Position numbers and translations under genes: made by a program. Below are positions 41,758 through 62,812 of a stretch of 64,000 bases of DNA, in pieces. The DNA is from Amoeboaphelidium protococcarum X5 (taxonomy: Eukaryota > Fungi > Aphelidiomycota), in NCBI GenBank assembly GCA_023515725.1, contig JALDTO010000212.1:1-64000 (forward strand). Direction: 5' to 3'. Numbering within the stretch: the stretch's first letter is position 1; each line of letters begins with the position of its first letter. The notes under the pieces are model-generated. The model did not search any database. It saw nothing but the letters and a program-made list of their open reading frames with translations, and had not been told where the DNA came from.

Positions 41758-43155
41758 ATGATAAAACACGTAGATTTGAAGTTGCAAATGGGTGCGTTGT
41801 TCTTTGGATATGGTAGTATGACTTACCTCTCGCTGTTCTATGATCAGATTATGCTGTTCTCACCGCTTCAAATAGGCATATTGACATCGCTACCACCAAT
41901 CATTTCTTTTCTAATAGCACCCCAGTTTATGTTTATTGCTGATAAGTACAATTGGCACAGAAATATGATGGTCCTTTGCTCTGTAGCTTCTGCAGTAGCC
42001 ACAATGATGTTCTTGCTATTAAGACCAATGCCTGATATGGGTGGTGCTGAAGACTTTCTATCCGCGTCTTTCCTTCTAACAGTAGCTGTTACTTTATCTT
42101 ACGCGATTCCATGGTGTGCAATTGCTCCTTTGATCGATATGAGTGTCCTCACAAAGCTGAAACAAAGATGTGGTGATATGGATGAGAAAGAGCAAAAGAA
42201 ATTATATGGGAAGCAGCGCTGGGTTGGGAGCATCACATACGGATTGTCCGCATTCATCATGGGATATCTGTATAGTATATTTCCCAGAATGAGCGCGATT
42301 TTTGTAAGCTGGTCCGTCTCAGTTGGAGTACTCTTTGTGGGTGGTTTATACATGCCGTATAGTTCAACTTACACTCCAAATGCCAAACTTGTATTGATCC
42401 AATCTTCTGATTAAAATAGCGATAAGGACATTGAAAAGTCTGCGACAATGGAGAGTGAGATAACAGATGACGATGTCTAATCTCAAGATTCTTCCGCCTC
42501 ATCTCAAGGCAAAGCGTCATTCATTCAGTCTGTCAGAATATTGAGTGGAAATTCAGATTTATTGCTATTTTGGGCGTTCGCGTTTGTGCAAGGTCTTTGC
42601 CAGTCTGTGGTGAACAATTTTCTGAATATTATGCTGGTTGAGCGTTTAAATGCCGGTGCAACTATACTTGCAGTCGGCAGTTTGAATCGTGTATTGTTAG
42701 AAGCTCCATTCTTTTTCTTCAATGGTCCCGTGTAAATACTTATTTTGAAATGCCTGGGATTGTAGAATGTTAAGCCAGCTGAAGCATCCAAATGGGTGAT
42801 GATTTGCAGTCAGATCATACTTGGATTTAGAACTTTGATGTACGCGCTACTTAGTTTCTTTACGTTGAATCCATATATAGATCTTGGTATTGAATTGCTG
42901 CACGGTGCAATGTATGCCAACTTTTATGGGAATGCAGTCTAGGCTGCCGCGGCACTTGCACCGAAAGAGTATCAAGGGACGTCTCAAGGTATATTCTCTT
43001 CAATCTACTGTGGACTGGGACCGTTCGTTGGCTCAATTCTAGGCGGTTACATCTATAACTCGATAGGAAGTGGCTGGATGTTTTTGATATGTTCTATTTT
43101 ATGCGCGATGAGTTCATCAACTTATGCGTACAAAATTGTCAGAGGCAGAACGTGA
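41758..43155 (+). CDS. MFS transporter (MFSD6-like), tandem paralog B
   Basis: Same motifs as paralog A; TGA 43153-43155. Confidence 0.9.
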
Positions 43156-43487
43156 TCATGGCGAAATGTTAAATCGAGCTCAACGTTGGTGAGCATGTGA
43201 TGATAAATAGGTGTTTTACTTCTGTTATTCGTTACTATATATTTTTTATCTCACTCGAATTTTCAGTAAATCATGGTTCGTTAGATCACTCGGTAGATCG
43301 TTCGCTTTACACGCGAGAGGTAGTGAGATCGAAACTCACACGAATCATCAATTTTTTGAACAGATACATTCCAAATCTTTTTATTTATGACCGATGTATT
43401 CTGGTAATCTGGTAAAAGCCAATATAACAAATTAGCTGATTGTTCTGCAGAAAAAGTGGATTAAAGCAAGCTTTAGATGGGACATAA

Positions 43488-45017
43488 TCACAATTTACTC
43501 TTAGTCATCAAATCAATGTTCGCAAAGTGCTCAGAGACAATACGGCGCTAAATCTTACCGGTAGCCGTTCTAGGAAAGTCATCCACTATAAAAATCTTCT
43601 GAGGAATTTTAAAAGCACTGAGATGATTAAAACAATGTTGTCGCAATACTTCTGCAGTGATCTTCTCTCTCTATGCCGGGTGTAAGATGACTGCCGCGTT
43701 TACACTCTCGCCATAAATATCATCTTTCAAAGGGAAAGTAACCGCATCGCTAACTCCAGGACATGATAACAAGACATTGTCGATTTCAAGAGGACTAATT
43801 TTCTCTCCTCCACGATTGATGAGTTCTTTCAATCTGCCCGTCAGAAAGAGATATCCCTGTTTATCGATATATCCTTAATCGCCAGTTCTGAACCAAGTTT
43901 AGTTGTCCAATACGAGAAACGATTCACGGTTAGCTTTCTCATTGTTCAAATACCCATCCGTGACAGTCGGAGCAGAAATCACAACTTCTCCCTCATGAAT
44001 GCGACATTAAACACCTTGGGGTACTCCCACAGAGCCTGGCTTTCTCAGCCCCAACAAAGGATTGGATGTCATCTAATGTGAACACTCAGTCATTGCATAC
44101 GCCTGGAGAACAGGAACGCGAAACTGATGCTCCAACTATATCATGGTAGCTGGCGATAGCGCTGAGCTGCAAGATCTAACGAAGCGCAATCGACCAACAT
44201 TCCTGTACCTACCAGACTATTCATGCCTTAAAAGTATCTAATGAATTGTAGGCACAGCTGAGTACCAGGAGCAGTTAAAGCGCAGAAAGTCTTTCCAAAA
44301 GGATGTGGCGTGGAGCTTTATTGACATCACTGCACAACCACCAGATATCAATGTGCTAAATAACGCACCGACCAGGCCATGGACATGAAACAAAGGCATA
44401 ACTATAAATGACACATCTCTGATATTCAGCTGATAAGTCTTTGCAATATTTTAAGCGCTGGTAATCAGATTATTGTGTGACAATGGAACACATTTAGGCC
44501 TAGATGTCGTCCCAGAAGTGTGCAGCAGTAAAGCGACATTGAACTATTCGCGACCGCTTCTAGATAATACTTGGGAACTTTTTGAATCAACTACATTATT
44601 TATGACAAGATTTCCATTCATTAAAGCAACGGTATAAAGAGGCAAATTCTTTTATTAGCACAGTTTGACGATCGCGTCAGATTTGGACTGTTCATCCATA
44701 AACACTACTGATGGCTTAACGTCATCAATGTAAAATTCCAGCTCTTTATAGCGATACGCCGGATTCAAAGGATTCACAGCATAACCAGCTTCAGTCAAAG
44801 CCAAGAAGGATACCACGTAACCAATAGTGTTGCCAAAAATCAACGTCGCTCTAAGAGAGGAATTTGTTGAAGAGACTCTCAACTACTTGATCTTTTAGAC
44901 ACTTGAATTCACCACATTTTTCATCTCCCCAAAAGTTAAACTACCCCCATTCACATCACGAATGGCTGAAGATTGAGGATCACCACCACTCAATAAAGCT
45001 TACGCCAGACTCATCAT
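43488..45017 (-). CDS. PCS60: Peroxisomal acyl-CoA synthetase, oxalate--CoA ligase type (Pcs60/AAE3), C-terminal SKL
   Basis: LLLHTSGTTSRPKCVPLSHNNL, MPLFHVHGL, WYSAVPTIHQIL, QAYAMTECSHQMTSNP, INRGGEKISPLEID; ends MTKSKL TGA. Confidence 0.9.
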
Positions 45018-45116
45018 ACTACCAAATGACAAATTACAGTACGCTGGCTCGTTTTAAATTTTCTCTTCTTCTTTCTTTCTTGTAAAGGCGAACGAACGAG
45101 CAGTTTTCTCCAGGCG
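45018..45116. promoter_or_regulatory. Putative 99-bp bidirectional promoter between PCS60 and the Myb/ECH pair
   Basis: Divergent ATGs at 45017(-) and 45117(+) with a central CT-rich tract. Confidence 0.45.
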
Positions 45117-45743
45117 ATGGGCAAAAGATTTACCGCGTAAAAGATCGTGTTGCTGCAGCGTCTAGCGGGAAAGTTCTAAGGAAACTGGCGCAGGATAACG
45201 CGTGAATTTAATCAGTAGATTGGAGTGTCATAGAGGGCGACTTATTCTTCATACATGAGATATTCCTCTATGCAGCAGAATGATTAGGATAGATAAAGCG
45301 GATGCTGGACAAATGATGAGACCAATCTGTTAGAGATTCTGGTGAATGAAATTTATCATGACCACTAAAGGAATCTAGATTAGAAGAAACGCCAGATTAG
45401 GATTGACTGGAGCGATATTGCCACACTACTCGGATCATAGAGAACGGCGATCCAGGTCAGAAATAAGTATATGAAGCTACTAGATAAAAGTCAATGCCAT
45501 GACGCTAGAAGTGATGGATGGACAGTGGATGAGGATTACCGCTTGTACATGGCATACCAGTAGAATGGCGCGCAGTGGAGACGCGTTTCACAGGTCGTCC
45601 TGTCGCGATCGCCTGATCAGTGTCAGCGCCGGTGGGAAACTTTGCGCATGTCGATAGGTTCTCTCTAAACTGACTCTTTCAACTCTTCATCCTCAATTAT
45701 TACTGCTGCTAAAAATAATAAAAGTAGCGACTCGTTATCCTGA
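45117..45743 (+). CDS. Myb/SANT repeat DNA-binding protein (about three repeats)
   Basis: FTAQK...GNWRRI; WTNDETNLL...IDWSDIATLLGSQRTAIQVRNKY; WTVDEDYRL...GAQWRRVS....SRSPDQCQRRW; TGA 45741-45743. Confidence 0.8.
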
Positions 45744-46681
45744 TGGAGCTTAATAAATAAATTAAATTGGAGCTTTTGGAGTACAAAGACATCTGTAAGC
45801 AAGATGTACAGTCTGATGCTAAGATTTGTGTTTTGACTTTGAATAATCCAAAGCGTGGGAATGCTCTAAATCCTGTAATGATTAAGGAACTTTTGGCTGC
45901 ATTAGACTTTATAAAGTAAAATAGAAGATCTTAATTCATTAGATGTTTATTCCTCAAGGGAGAAGGTAAATATTTCTGTACTGGGATGGATTTAGGTAAA
46001 GTCGGTGGTGGCTCTTCTGGAGACAGTGATGATGATGCCAGTAATTTTAATGTGTAAGATGCTTTTGTGAATGTTCTGAACAGTTTAAGTCAATTACCTA
46101 TTCCCACTATATCTATTCTTAATGGACCTGCACTTGGTGGTGGAGTTGGGGTTTTTTTCAGCGCAGATATTTAGATTGGAGTTTTTGATTCAAAGATTTA
46201 AGCTTACGTGTGTTTAGCTGAAGTGAAGCGTGGTCTTATACCTGCTCTGATCAGTCCAACTATTGTACGCAGATTTAAAGCGCATTCAGTGGAAGTTATG
46301 CTTGGTGGCAAGATATCATGCGTATAGTTATACAATCGCGGATACCTCAGTGCTCTCGTATCAAATGCAGGAGACAGCCATCATCCATTTCCGTGTTTAT
46401 CCAATATTGATGGACAGCCGTCAGGTGAAAATTTCCAGTCTGTAGAGCAGGCGATATAATTCTATTCTAGACTATGCGTGGAGGCTGCCCCAAGTGCTGT
46501 AGAAAGTATCAAGAAGCTGGTTAATAGATTTGACTTGTCTCCCTCCCTGTAATAGAAGGAGGTTGTTGAGCTTTTGAAATCCGAATTTGACAAGATGGTC
46601 AACAGCGAAGAAGCGGGTATCGGTATTGGAGCTTTTATGCAAAAACAAAAGCCAATATGGGACACCAAAAGTAGACTATGA
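45743..46681 (+). CDS. Enoyl-CoA hydratase/isomerase (crotonase) family protein with PTS1 SRL
   Basis: LTLNNPKRGNAL, GEGKYFCTGMDL, NGPALGGGVG, LAEVKRGLIPA, SEEAGIGIGAFMQKQKP.W; ends KSRL TGA. Confidence 0.88.
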
Positions 46682-46802
46682 TTTTATGTGAAATATCATT
46701 ACTATTGTTATTATTATTACTATTTTATACTAAGCGATTATTGATAGCATAGTGTTCACCTTGACATCAATGTACTTTACTGTTTACCTTCCCTTAGATG
46801 CA

Positions 46803-46890
46803 AACGCGCCTATCCCAAAGGGAAAGAGAGTGAAACGCGTCGCGGTTTCTGTTTCAACTGCTGGCTGCTTTCACCTCTTCCCCACCAAAC
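46803..46890 (+). promoter_or_regulatory. Candidate G1/S cell-cycle elements upstream of MCM6
   Basis: AACGCG near 46803, ACGCGTCGCG at 46835, E2F-like TTCCCACCAAA near 46878. Confidence 0.3.
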
Positions 46891-47004
46891 CGCCTCCTCC
46901 CCATCCTGATATAAGTTCGATCGGAAGTAAGTGTCCATACGGTATATCTTACATCTTTTTTAGAGTAAATATACACAATAGTAACTGCTATAATAGGGAT
47001 TGAA

Positions 47005-49683
<2,679 letters not shown>

Positions 49684-50001
49684 TGGAATTATTTGTAATT
49701 AATCAATAGCGCACCTTCTCGTCTGTATTAATCTATTTTCTTTGATATTTTACAGCACATTAAGCATTTCCTGTTTCATATAGACTCTCCGATGGCTGAT
49801 CGTTCCTCAGTTGACTCGCTCGCTTTCCTTTCTCTCTCTCTCTTTCTTTCTGCTTGTCAAAAAGCTAAGCGGGATTGAGATCAAGGAGACTGACCATATA
49901 TTGTACGGATAGTAGTGTATGCCTAGAATCAAGTATCACTCTTCTGTCTGAAATTTAATTTAAATAGTTGAGTATTTGCAGAAATTAATTATAGCATTTG
50001 C

Positions 50002-52863
50002 ATGGAGTACAATACTAATTAGGGAAATAATAGTGGTGGAAGCATCAACAACAATAGCAATAATACTAGTATTGGATAGAAATAGCATCTGGTTATGTAG
50101 TCCTCTGAATTATCAGCCTCCTCCCTGTAGAATTAGCAAGTGTCCATTGATGAGGTGGCATAGAAATTAAAGCAGAATCTGATTGAGGATAAGCACAAGA
50201 TTACCGGGTACATTAAAGGATCAGATGGTGTGTCAGTGAAGAGACGGTAAGCTTTCCTGTCTCGATTCAATTTTGCTGTAGAGTGCAGTGATCATCCATC
50301 GGCACATCAGGGGGATGTTCATTTATTGAGAATGTTGAGATGGTTCACCAGCAGCTTTATTCTGGAAGGTGAGACGCAGGAGTAGGATCGGGTGCTGTTT
50401 GCTTTCAGTCAGAGATATTTTGATTGTACTGGTGGTATAATCGATATTCAGTATGCAGACTTGACACTACCCGTCGACTCTATTCATCAGCTGATTTATA
50501 GCATCATCCTGCTGAATACCGACTTGACCTCGGTCGTTAATGCAGGTGGTACTCAGATGAAGCAGAATTAGTATGTGGAGAATACGCTGGGTACACTATA
50601 AGGTGACGATGCTAATGCTCTTGGCACTGGGGTAAAGGACGATTAATTGAAATCAGTGCTTGAGCAAATATATGTTAGCATTAAAAAGTAGCCAATTCTG
50701 TAACCTAAAGCTCATACACAGCAGCCGTAATAATCCACGGGTCTCTTTAGAAGTTGGTCAATGAGGAAGCCGTCGGTATAGCAATAGCGGCCCGCTATTT
50801 CTCCGTCGGTATTCTCATTAGATGGTAGTGGTGGTAGTAATGTTAGAGATTTTGTTAAAATCAGTCCTTACAAAGAGGGATATATCGCAAAGAAGAGTGT
50901 GTATGAGCAGTTTGGTAAAAAGTCGTTTGATCGTCGCTGGGTGTAATACTTTGCACGACTGCTTGGTAGTGACCTTGTGTTGTTCTAGAGTGAGAAGCTG
51001 ATAGGCCATGTTCCGTTGAGACACGCCATGATCAGTGCCATTCCTGCTGGTATGTATCCTGGTCACCAGTTCTTAGTGCAAATCATCACTCTGTATGGTG
51101 CTGTCATTCTTATTGATTCCAAGTCTGAGGTGGATCAGTCAGAGTGGTGTCAGGCGATGCTCTACTGGGCTGCGATGGAGTCTCGCGAGCCACTCACGTC
51201 TGGTGTGGGTAATATTTGGTATGGATATGAGCTCGAATGGCTCATGGACTTTGTACCTGAATAATAGTAGTAGTAAGTATAACAAGACTCTTTGCCAATC
51301 AATCCCTATAACGATTAGGTAATAGTAGCTGGAGTAACAACTAATAGTCAAGATTAAGATTAACCATCTCAGGATACAACACTGGTATAGAAGCAGAATA
51401 CTGGCAATGAAAGTTTAAAGATAGTATCCGCGTCGATGTCAGCTGATGGTTAGTAAGATGGAGAAGATAGTGATTAGAAATATTATTCTCCATCTGAGCT
51501 CACTGTAAAGTCTGAAGATTATCACACAGTTGCTGGTAGTCCGCTTAAATAACATTTTGAAGCACCAGTGGTATCTGGCCATTCCGATGACAATGATGAG
51601 CGCCATGAAGACTCTGCTCAAGATGGTGAGTATCAAGATGATGAAGACGCATTCAGACTCCGACACTTTGATGATCTTTCAATGACCGCTGTTACCGTGT
51701 ATAAGACTCCAATGTTGCCGTATGTGCCGTCTTCTCAAGCAGGTACTTATGAGGAAGTGACCTATTCCACATATTCTGAGCAGGACCAAATAAGCAAACT
51801 GTACAATGTCTAACGCCCTCTCTCTTACAATCCAGCCAAGATTATGAATCGTGAGTTGAAGTTGGGCATGTACGTGGCTAGACTATAGAAATAGTGTAAA
51901 CAGTTGCATTAGTTGATCGCCTCAAGAGAAATTCTTCGAGTGTTTGGTATTGGACGTGGTATAATTGATGTTACGTCTTACACTGGATCTTATAATGTCG
52001 AGTCTACCGGGAGATCGAGGAGCGATGTTGAACAGGCTATTGCATCGGACGGTGTGGAGGCTAAGCTGCTTTAATCTCTTTCAAATGGCACTTTGTATAG
52101 TAGTCTTAGTGTAAATGGTATGAATAATAATGATGGATCTTATTAACTTTAATAGTAGTTGCAGCGGTTAGACTCTGCAGTAGTATGGTCGCCAGAGTTG
52201 TGCTCGCTCCTGTTCAGTCTTGATCCGGCATGTATAGTCATAGATCAGAATGGTGATGCATTTTGTGATTTGCTGGACAAGAAGCTGGAACTCGCCAGCA
52301 ATCAGTCAAGATAGCTAGTTAAATTACCGCCACCCTCCAATATATGTGTCTAGGTGCCATCGCTACCTGAAAAATTGACAGAATTGATATTATAGGACTA
52401 GAATTAGATGTTTAGTGTCCCTGGTATGGATCAGTCGCCGTCCTAGCTGTTTTAATCTTCAATTCCACGCTTTGATAAATTGAATCCTAAATTGGCTTAG
52501 CGTATCGATCTGAACTGGTGGTGCTCATTCAAGTTTACTGTACTTGAGATTGTTAAATGTTACGCATATGGTAGTGCCATTAAACACGGAGTCAAGATAA
52601 GTGATAGCAATAACTCAGAGACTGCCGGTGAGAATGTACATTCCATAACTGCTGCAGGAAAGCTACCTGGCTCAATGTCATCGCTGACTCTATCTTCAAA
52701 GATTAGCGGTAGTGGTGGCCTGAGTGGAAAGCCTAATAAGTTGCAAAAGTCTCCTGCTCAGCGCAAGGCTTACAGCGTAAGACACAAAATGGGCAGTGTC
52801 ACGCTACAGGCAACTAAACAGCACTCCTCCGAGGGAATACCGCCCCTCATACTGAAGCAATGA
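50002..52863 (+). CDS. Sec7 plus PH domain ARF guanine-nucleotide exchange factor (EFA6/Yel1-like)
   Basis: FILEGETQEQDRVLFAFSQRY, YSIILLNTDL, PH-like KEGYIAKK...RRWVQYFARL, LYWAAMESREPLTSGVGN. Confidence 0.8.
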
Positions 52864-53220
52864 ATTTATAGTGATTGTACATTGTGAATAATCGATTATC
52901 TACCTTTATTGCTCTGTTCAAATTTTATATCCGTGAATTTAACATCTCTCAATATTGAATAGCCGTATAATGGGTCTTTCAACCAGAAAATACATAGATT
53001 GACCAGCGAAGACAACGGGTGAGAGAAGTGAGAGCGAACAAGAAGCGATCTGTTCCTTTCTCTGCGCTAAGAGCCGTTTTCTAAGGAGCTTTGAGTGAGA
53101 GTAAAGCATTCCTTTCGAAGATTTTATTCTTGCCTTTACAAGTTCTATATATATTCAGCAGTAAAAAGTGCTTACATTATAAAGGTTAAATTGAATACTT
53201 GATAGCTGTATATAATAATC

Positions 53221-53940
53221 ATGGGATTTATACTGCCAGATAATAAAGATCCTTCGCGTGACTGGAACCCATTGGACTCCTTCTGGAAGGTATTCTATCC
53301 GGCCATGAACCCAAGACCGGATGCTTCTCCTAGCAAGATTCAACCACCAACGCCCATTTATGATCTGCCTTCGCCGTATGGAAAGATTAATCATCCGGAC
53401 AATAAGGATAATTTGCCGTACTATGTCACACCGGACTATTTCACCAAGTTGTCCTCCCATCCTAAATACTCTGTCATTCACCATAATCCCCCACTCTGGA
53501 TGATTGCACAGAACATCTCCATGAAGGATGTGGCCGTGAATGGTACTTTGGGAACTGCATCTGGCCCGCTAATACTTTACGCTATCAACAGATACAAGAG
53601 ACATGTACCACTTAATGCATACCAATGGTTCGCTGCCGTTGTAGTCGGCGCGTCATATGGCTATACTAAGTGCTATCAGGCTGCGGAAAGTAGACTATAA
53701 GGATACGCAGAGAATGCGCAGGATGTCTAGTATTGGACACAGCGTGCCGAGTATGAGCGAAATGTGTTGAGTGGAGAGATCGATCCGCGCAAGGAGTTGA
53801 CCTGGTGGCAATCGCTTATGGAGCGCCTACTTGGACCTAAGCAGTTTGATCCTTTGAAGCTGGAATAACAATATCTCAGTTCTTCATCTTCTTCTTCATC
53901 TCTTTAGTCGCAAGGTGATTAAAAGATGGAAGGCAAATGA
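53221..53940 (+). CDS. Complex I accessory subunit NUXM-like (fungal 20.9/21 kDa)
   Basis: KYSVIHHNPP...ISMKDV..G...GP and CYQAAESRLQGYAENAQDV resemble NUXM motifs; TGA 53938-53940. Confidence 0.6.
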
Positions 53941-54136
53941 TCAAATAAAATAATACTGAGATAATAAAGTTGATTTGATATCTATTCTCTACTTTGATTT
54001 GTTTACATGTCTTGACGTGTTGACTATTGCAAACGTGGTATAAATGGATGATTACCTAGTACATTTCTAAACTTATCCACCTATATGCAGAGCATCTACA
54101 AGCGAACTGATTGCACGGGCAGTCTATGATATTAAA

Positions 54137-56341
54137 TCAAGAAGTGTAACCATCGCACCATCCATTTATTGGAATGCAGTCCAAGTATTTACACCATGGA
54201 CAATTGCTGCCGTTCTAGTACAAGAATGAGTAAAACAACCAGAATAGAAATCCACCCAGTAGAGGAAGACTGAGAAATCTGGCCATGCGTTTAATCAGCT
54301 TATCTATTTTCGAGAAGGTGAGTGCTGGCATGAGCAAAAGGCCACTCAATAATCCCGTGACGAATCCACCAATATGCGCAAAGTTATCAATATAAGGGAG
54401 GAGACCAAACGCGACTGATATAATGATCTGCGCAAGGTGGATAGACAGCTCTTTCCATCTATTTTGTACAATTTTGAAATTGAGAATCAAATCCAACAAC
54501 ACCACGCCCAATACACCAAAAATCGATCCAGACGCGCCTACAGTGGGCACAGTTTACTCCAAGTCTGCAGCAAAGAGAAATCCAGCGATACCACTCACAA
54601 AGTATATGATCATTATACGCAAACTGCCATATGCTTCCTCCATCGCTCTGCCCACCTGAATCATGAGCCAGGTATTCATTATGAAATGCACCAGTCCGGC
54701 ATGAAGAAACATGGCCGTAATAAGACGCCACCATTAGTCTGGTACTGAACTATTCGAGAATCCGCCCATACCGCAAAAGTCTTGCAAAGTACAAAGATTC
54801 CCACTGGTTACATTAAAACCGGCCGCATTGAGATTGCTATGTGGAAATCCATTCTGACACACTAGGAAATTACCATTGATCGACGTATTCTTCATACAGG
54901 GTACAAATCGAGCACCACTAGCAATAAGAGTCTATGTGTAAGGGCCTATCATGAAATTAGTACCCGGAGGCGCAATCAACTCACCAGTGTATGAATAATT
55001 TAGATAGAATTCATACCCGAGAACTATCAAATTCACAAAACATATAATGTATGTAAAGTAGGGATAATACGTCTTAAGCTTTGCCAGCTACTTCCTGACT
55101 TTGGGATCATACAGCGCTTTAGGGATTTTCTTATTAGCCTACACATGCCTCTTCTTTTCTTTAAAGGCTTGGTTATGTTCGCCTTCTTGATTATCACCAT
55201 CATCATCTAACTGCATAGAATACACGCTATCATCATCAGACAATTTATCATGACTGCCAATTCTCTGTCCATTTTCTTGCTAATGTTCCCTCTTTGCCAT
55301 CTCCACTTCATCCATAGTGGCAGATTTCAATGATATTCCATTCTAGGTAGCTTTGCGTCTTCTCCTGACGTTCAACCCCTTTCTAATGCCTTTGACACGT
55401 CGCGCATCTAAAGGTCGCTCATTGAGGAAACGCTGAGGCTGCGCAGATGTTCTTCGCTGCTCCTTTATCATGTCATGAGCAGAGTACAGTTGACCGGTAA
55501 GATCTGCTTAAGCACGCACCACTATATTACTTTTGACAATTTGCGTGGATGACGATGTTGATGATGGACGATCGCCTTAAGATTAGCTCGACTTGCGCGA
55601 GGTGGAACTAACTCGGCTAATCTTCTTCTAAATAACACTATTCTTCTTTTTAGATTAACTTTAACTCCTTGATAATGACTTTCTCTTCTTCAGCTTGCCT
55701 GATGACCGACTAGATTGTTTTTCATGCACACCTGCATCATCATCATTATTATCATTATCGTCACCTGTGATGCTAATCGCGTCGTCCAGTATAGTGCGAC
55801 CGACAGCTTCACCGTTAGCATCATCTGGCAGAAAATCCTCAGTTTCTTCATTGAGAGCTGTCAATTTATTAGTCTAACCTCGCCCACGTCTGGTTTACTT
55901 CAATTAAATATCCGTATCTTCAGAGTTTGAAGTTTCATCGTCATCATCACCATCAGAGTAATCATAGAATTCATAATCACCTACTCCGTTCACTGCCATT
56001 TCCAACCTCTTCTCCTCCTCTTCAGAAGCGTATGAATAATAATCAAACTCGGAATCTGTATCATCATCTCCAAGTAAATCTAGCTAATCTTCGCCCACTG
56101 CTGCTGCATCATCATTGTCAATATAAAAACTATTGTTTCTTTTTTTATTCTGACTTTGCACTGAATTTCTTGATTAATCAGCAGTATCACCATCACCACC
56201 ACCAATGATAGCATTGCTGTTTTAACTAGCGCCGCTATTGGAGATGTACGAGCGAACCAATTTTGATCGTCTGTTGCCAGCCTTCACATCATTAATCATA
56301 GCCTTCCGCACATACATACTCTACGCACTGCCATTCTCCAT
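54137..56341 (-). CDS. Rhomboid intramembrane serine protease with a long acidic N-terminal region
   Basis: NFMIGP...GARFVPCM, PDQWWRLITAMFLHAG, catalytic GASG and NFAHIGG, C-terminal CPWCKYLDCIP. Confidence 0.9.
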
Positions 56342-57187
56342 ACTTTGAATGAAATGCGATTATTGATGATTATCAAAGACAAGTGTATATGAAAATTAAA
56401 AAGAGAGTATAAATTGTAATTTACTTACTTTGAAAGAGACCAAGACTTGCTGAAAGCGTACAGTATGCTCTATTAAAAACGATCCGTTGCCATGAAACAA
56501 CGAAACTTTGATCTCACACATACACACGATGATGTACTGACTCTATTGGATAAAAGTATCTATACTGTAGGTGAAAAGTGTTGAGTGTACAGGTAACAAT
56601 ATGATGCTTTACTTATTTACGAAGAATTAAATTGGTAGCTATGAATAGAATACTCATACACGTTGAAAACCTTTACGAGTATTTACACACCTTTCAAATG
56701 CCATTATTGCATAGGAAATATAGCGCTTCAATACTACTACTATAGATAAACATATTTAGATACAAAAGGCCACCATATCTTAACAACACCAAGCTGACTA
56801 CTGAGACAGCAGGAGGAGCGACGCGCGTTACGCCGAGTGTGACATCCCTCAGACAGAGAGATGGGGCGAGAGGGACAACGAGGAGGACGACCCGGCGAGG
56901 AGATCACACGAGCGGGCAGAGTACGAGAGAGAATCTGAATCGGTCCGCACAGAACACGCACGCACGCACGGCCTGCTCAATCAATCAGGTTCATCACAAT
57001 TTTCATCTTCTGCTCATCCTCACATTCATCCGTTCATTCATACATTCATCTTGTACACCTTCTATCGCTCAGTAGCGTTTGTTATCACTGACTTTGGGAG
57101 ACAGCATTGAGATAATAGAGTAGACTGAATAACTACATTATACTTACAGAGAAACAGAGAGAGAGAATTAACAAGGTATAACAACCC

Positions 57188-62812
<5,625 letters not shown>

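Noticed and set aside
56790-56980. GA/GC-rich tract and short ORFs 56740-56961 and 56839-57075
   Set aside because: Lies between the divergent rhomboid and CHD starts; best explained as promoter or UTR sequence with no protein similarity
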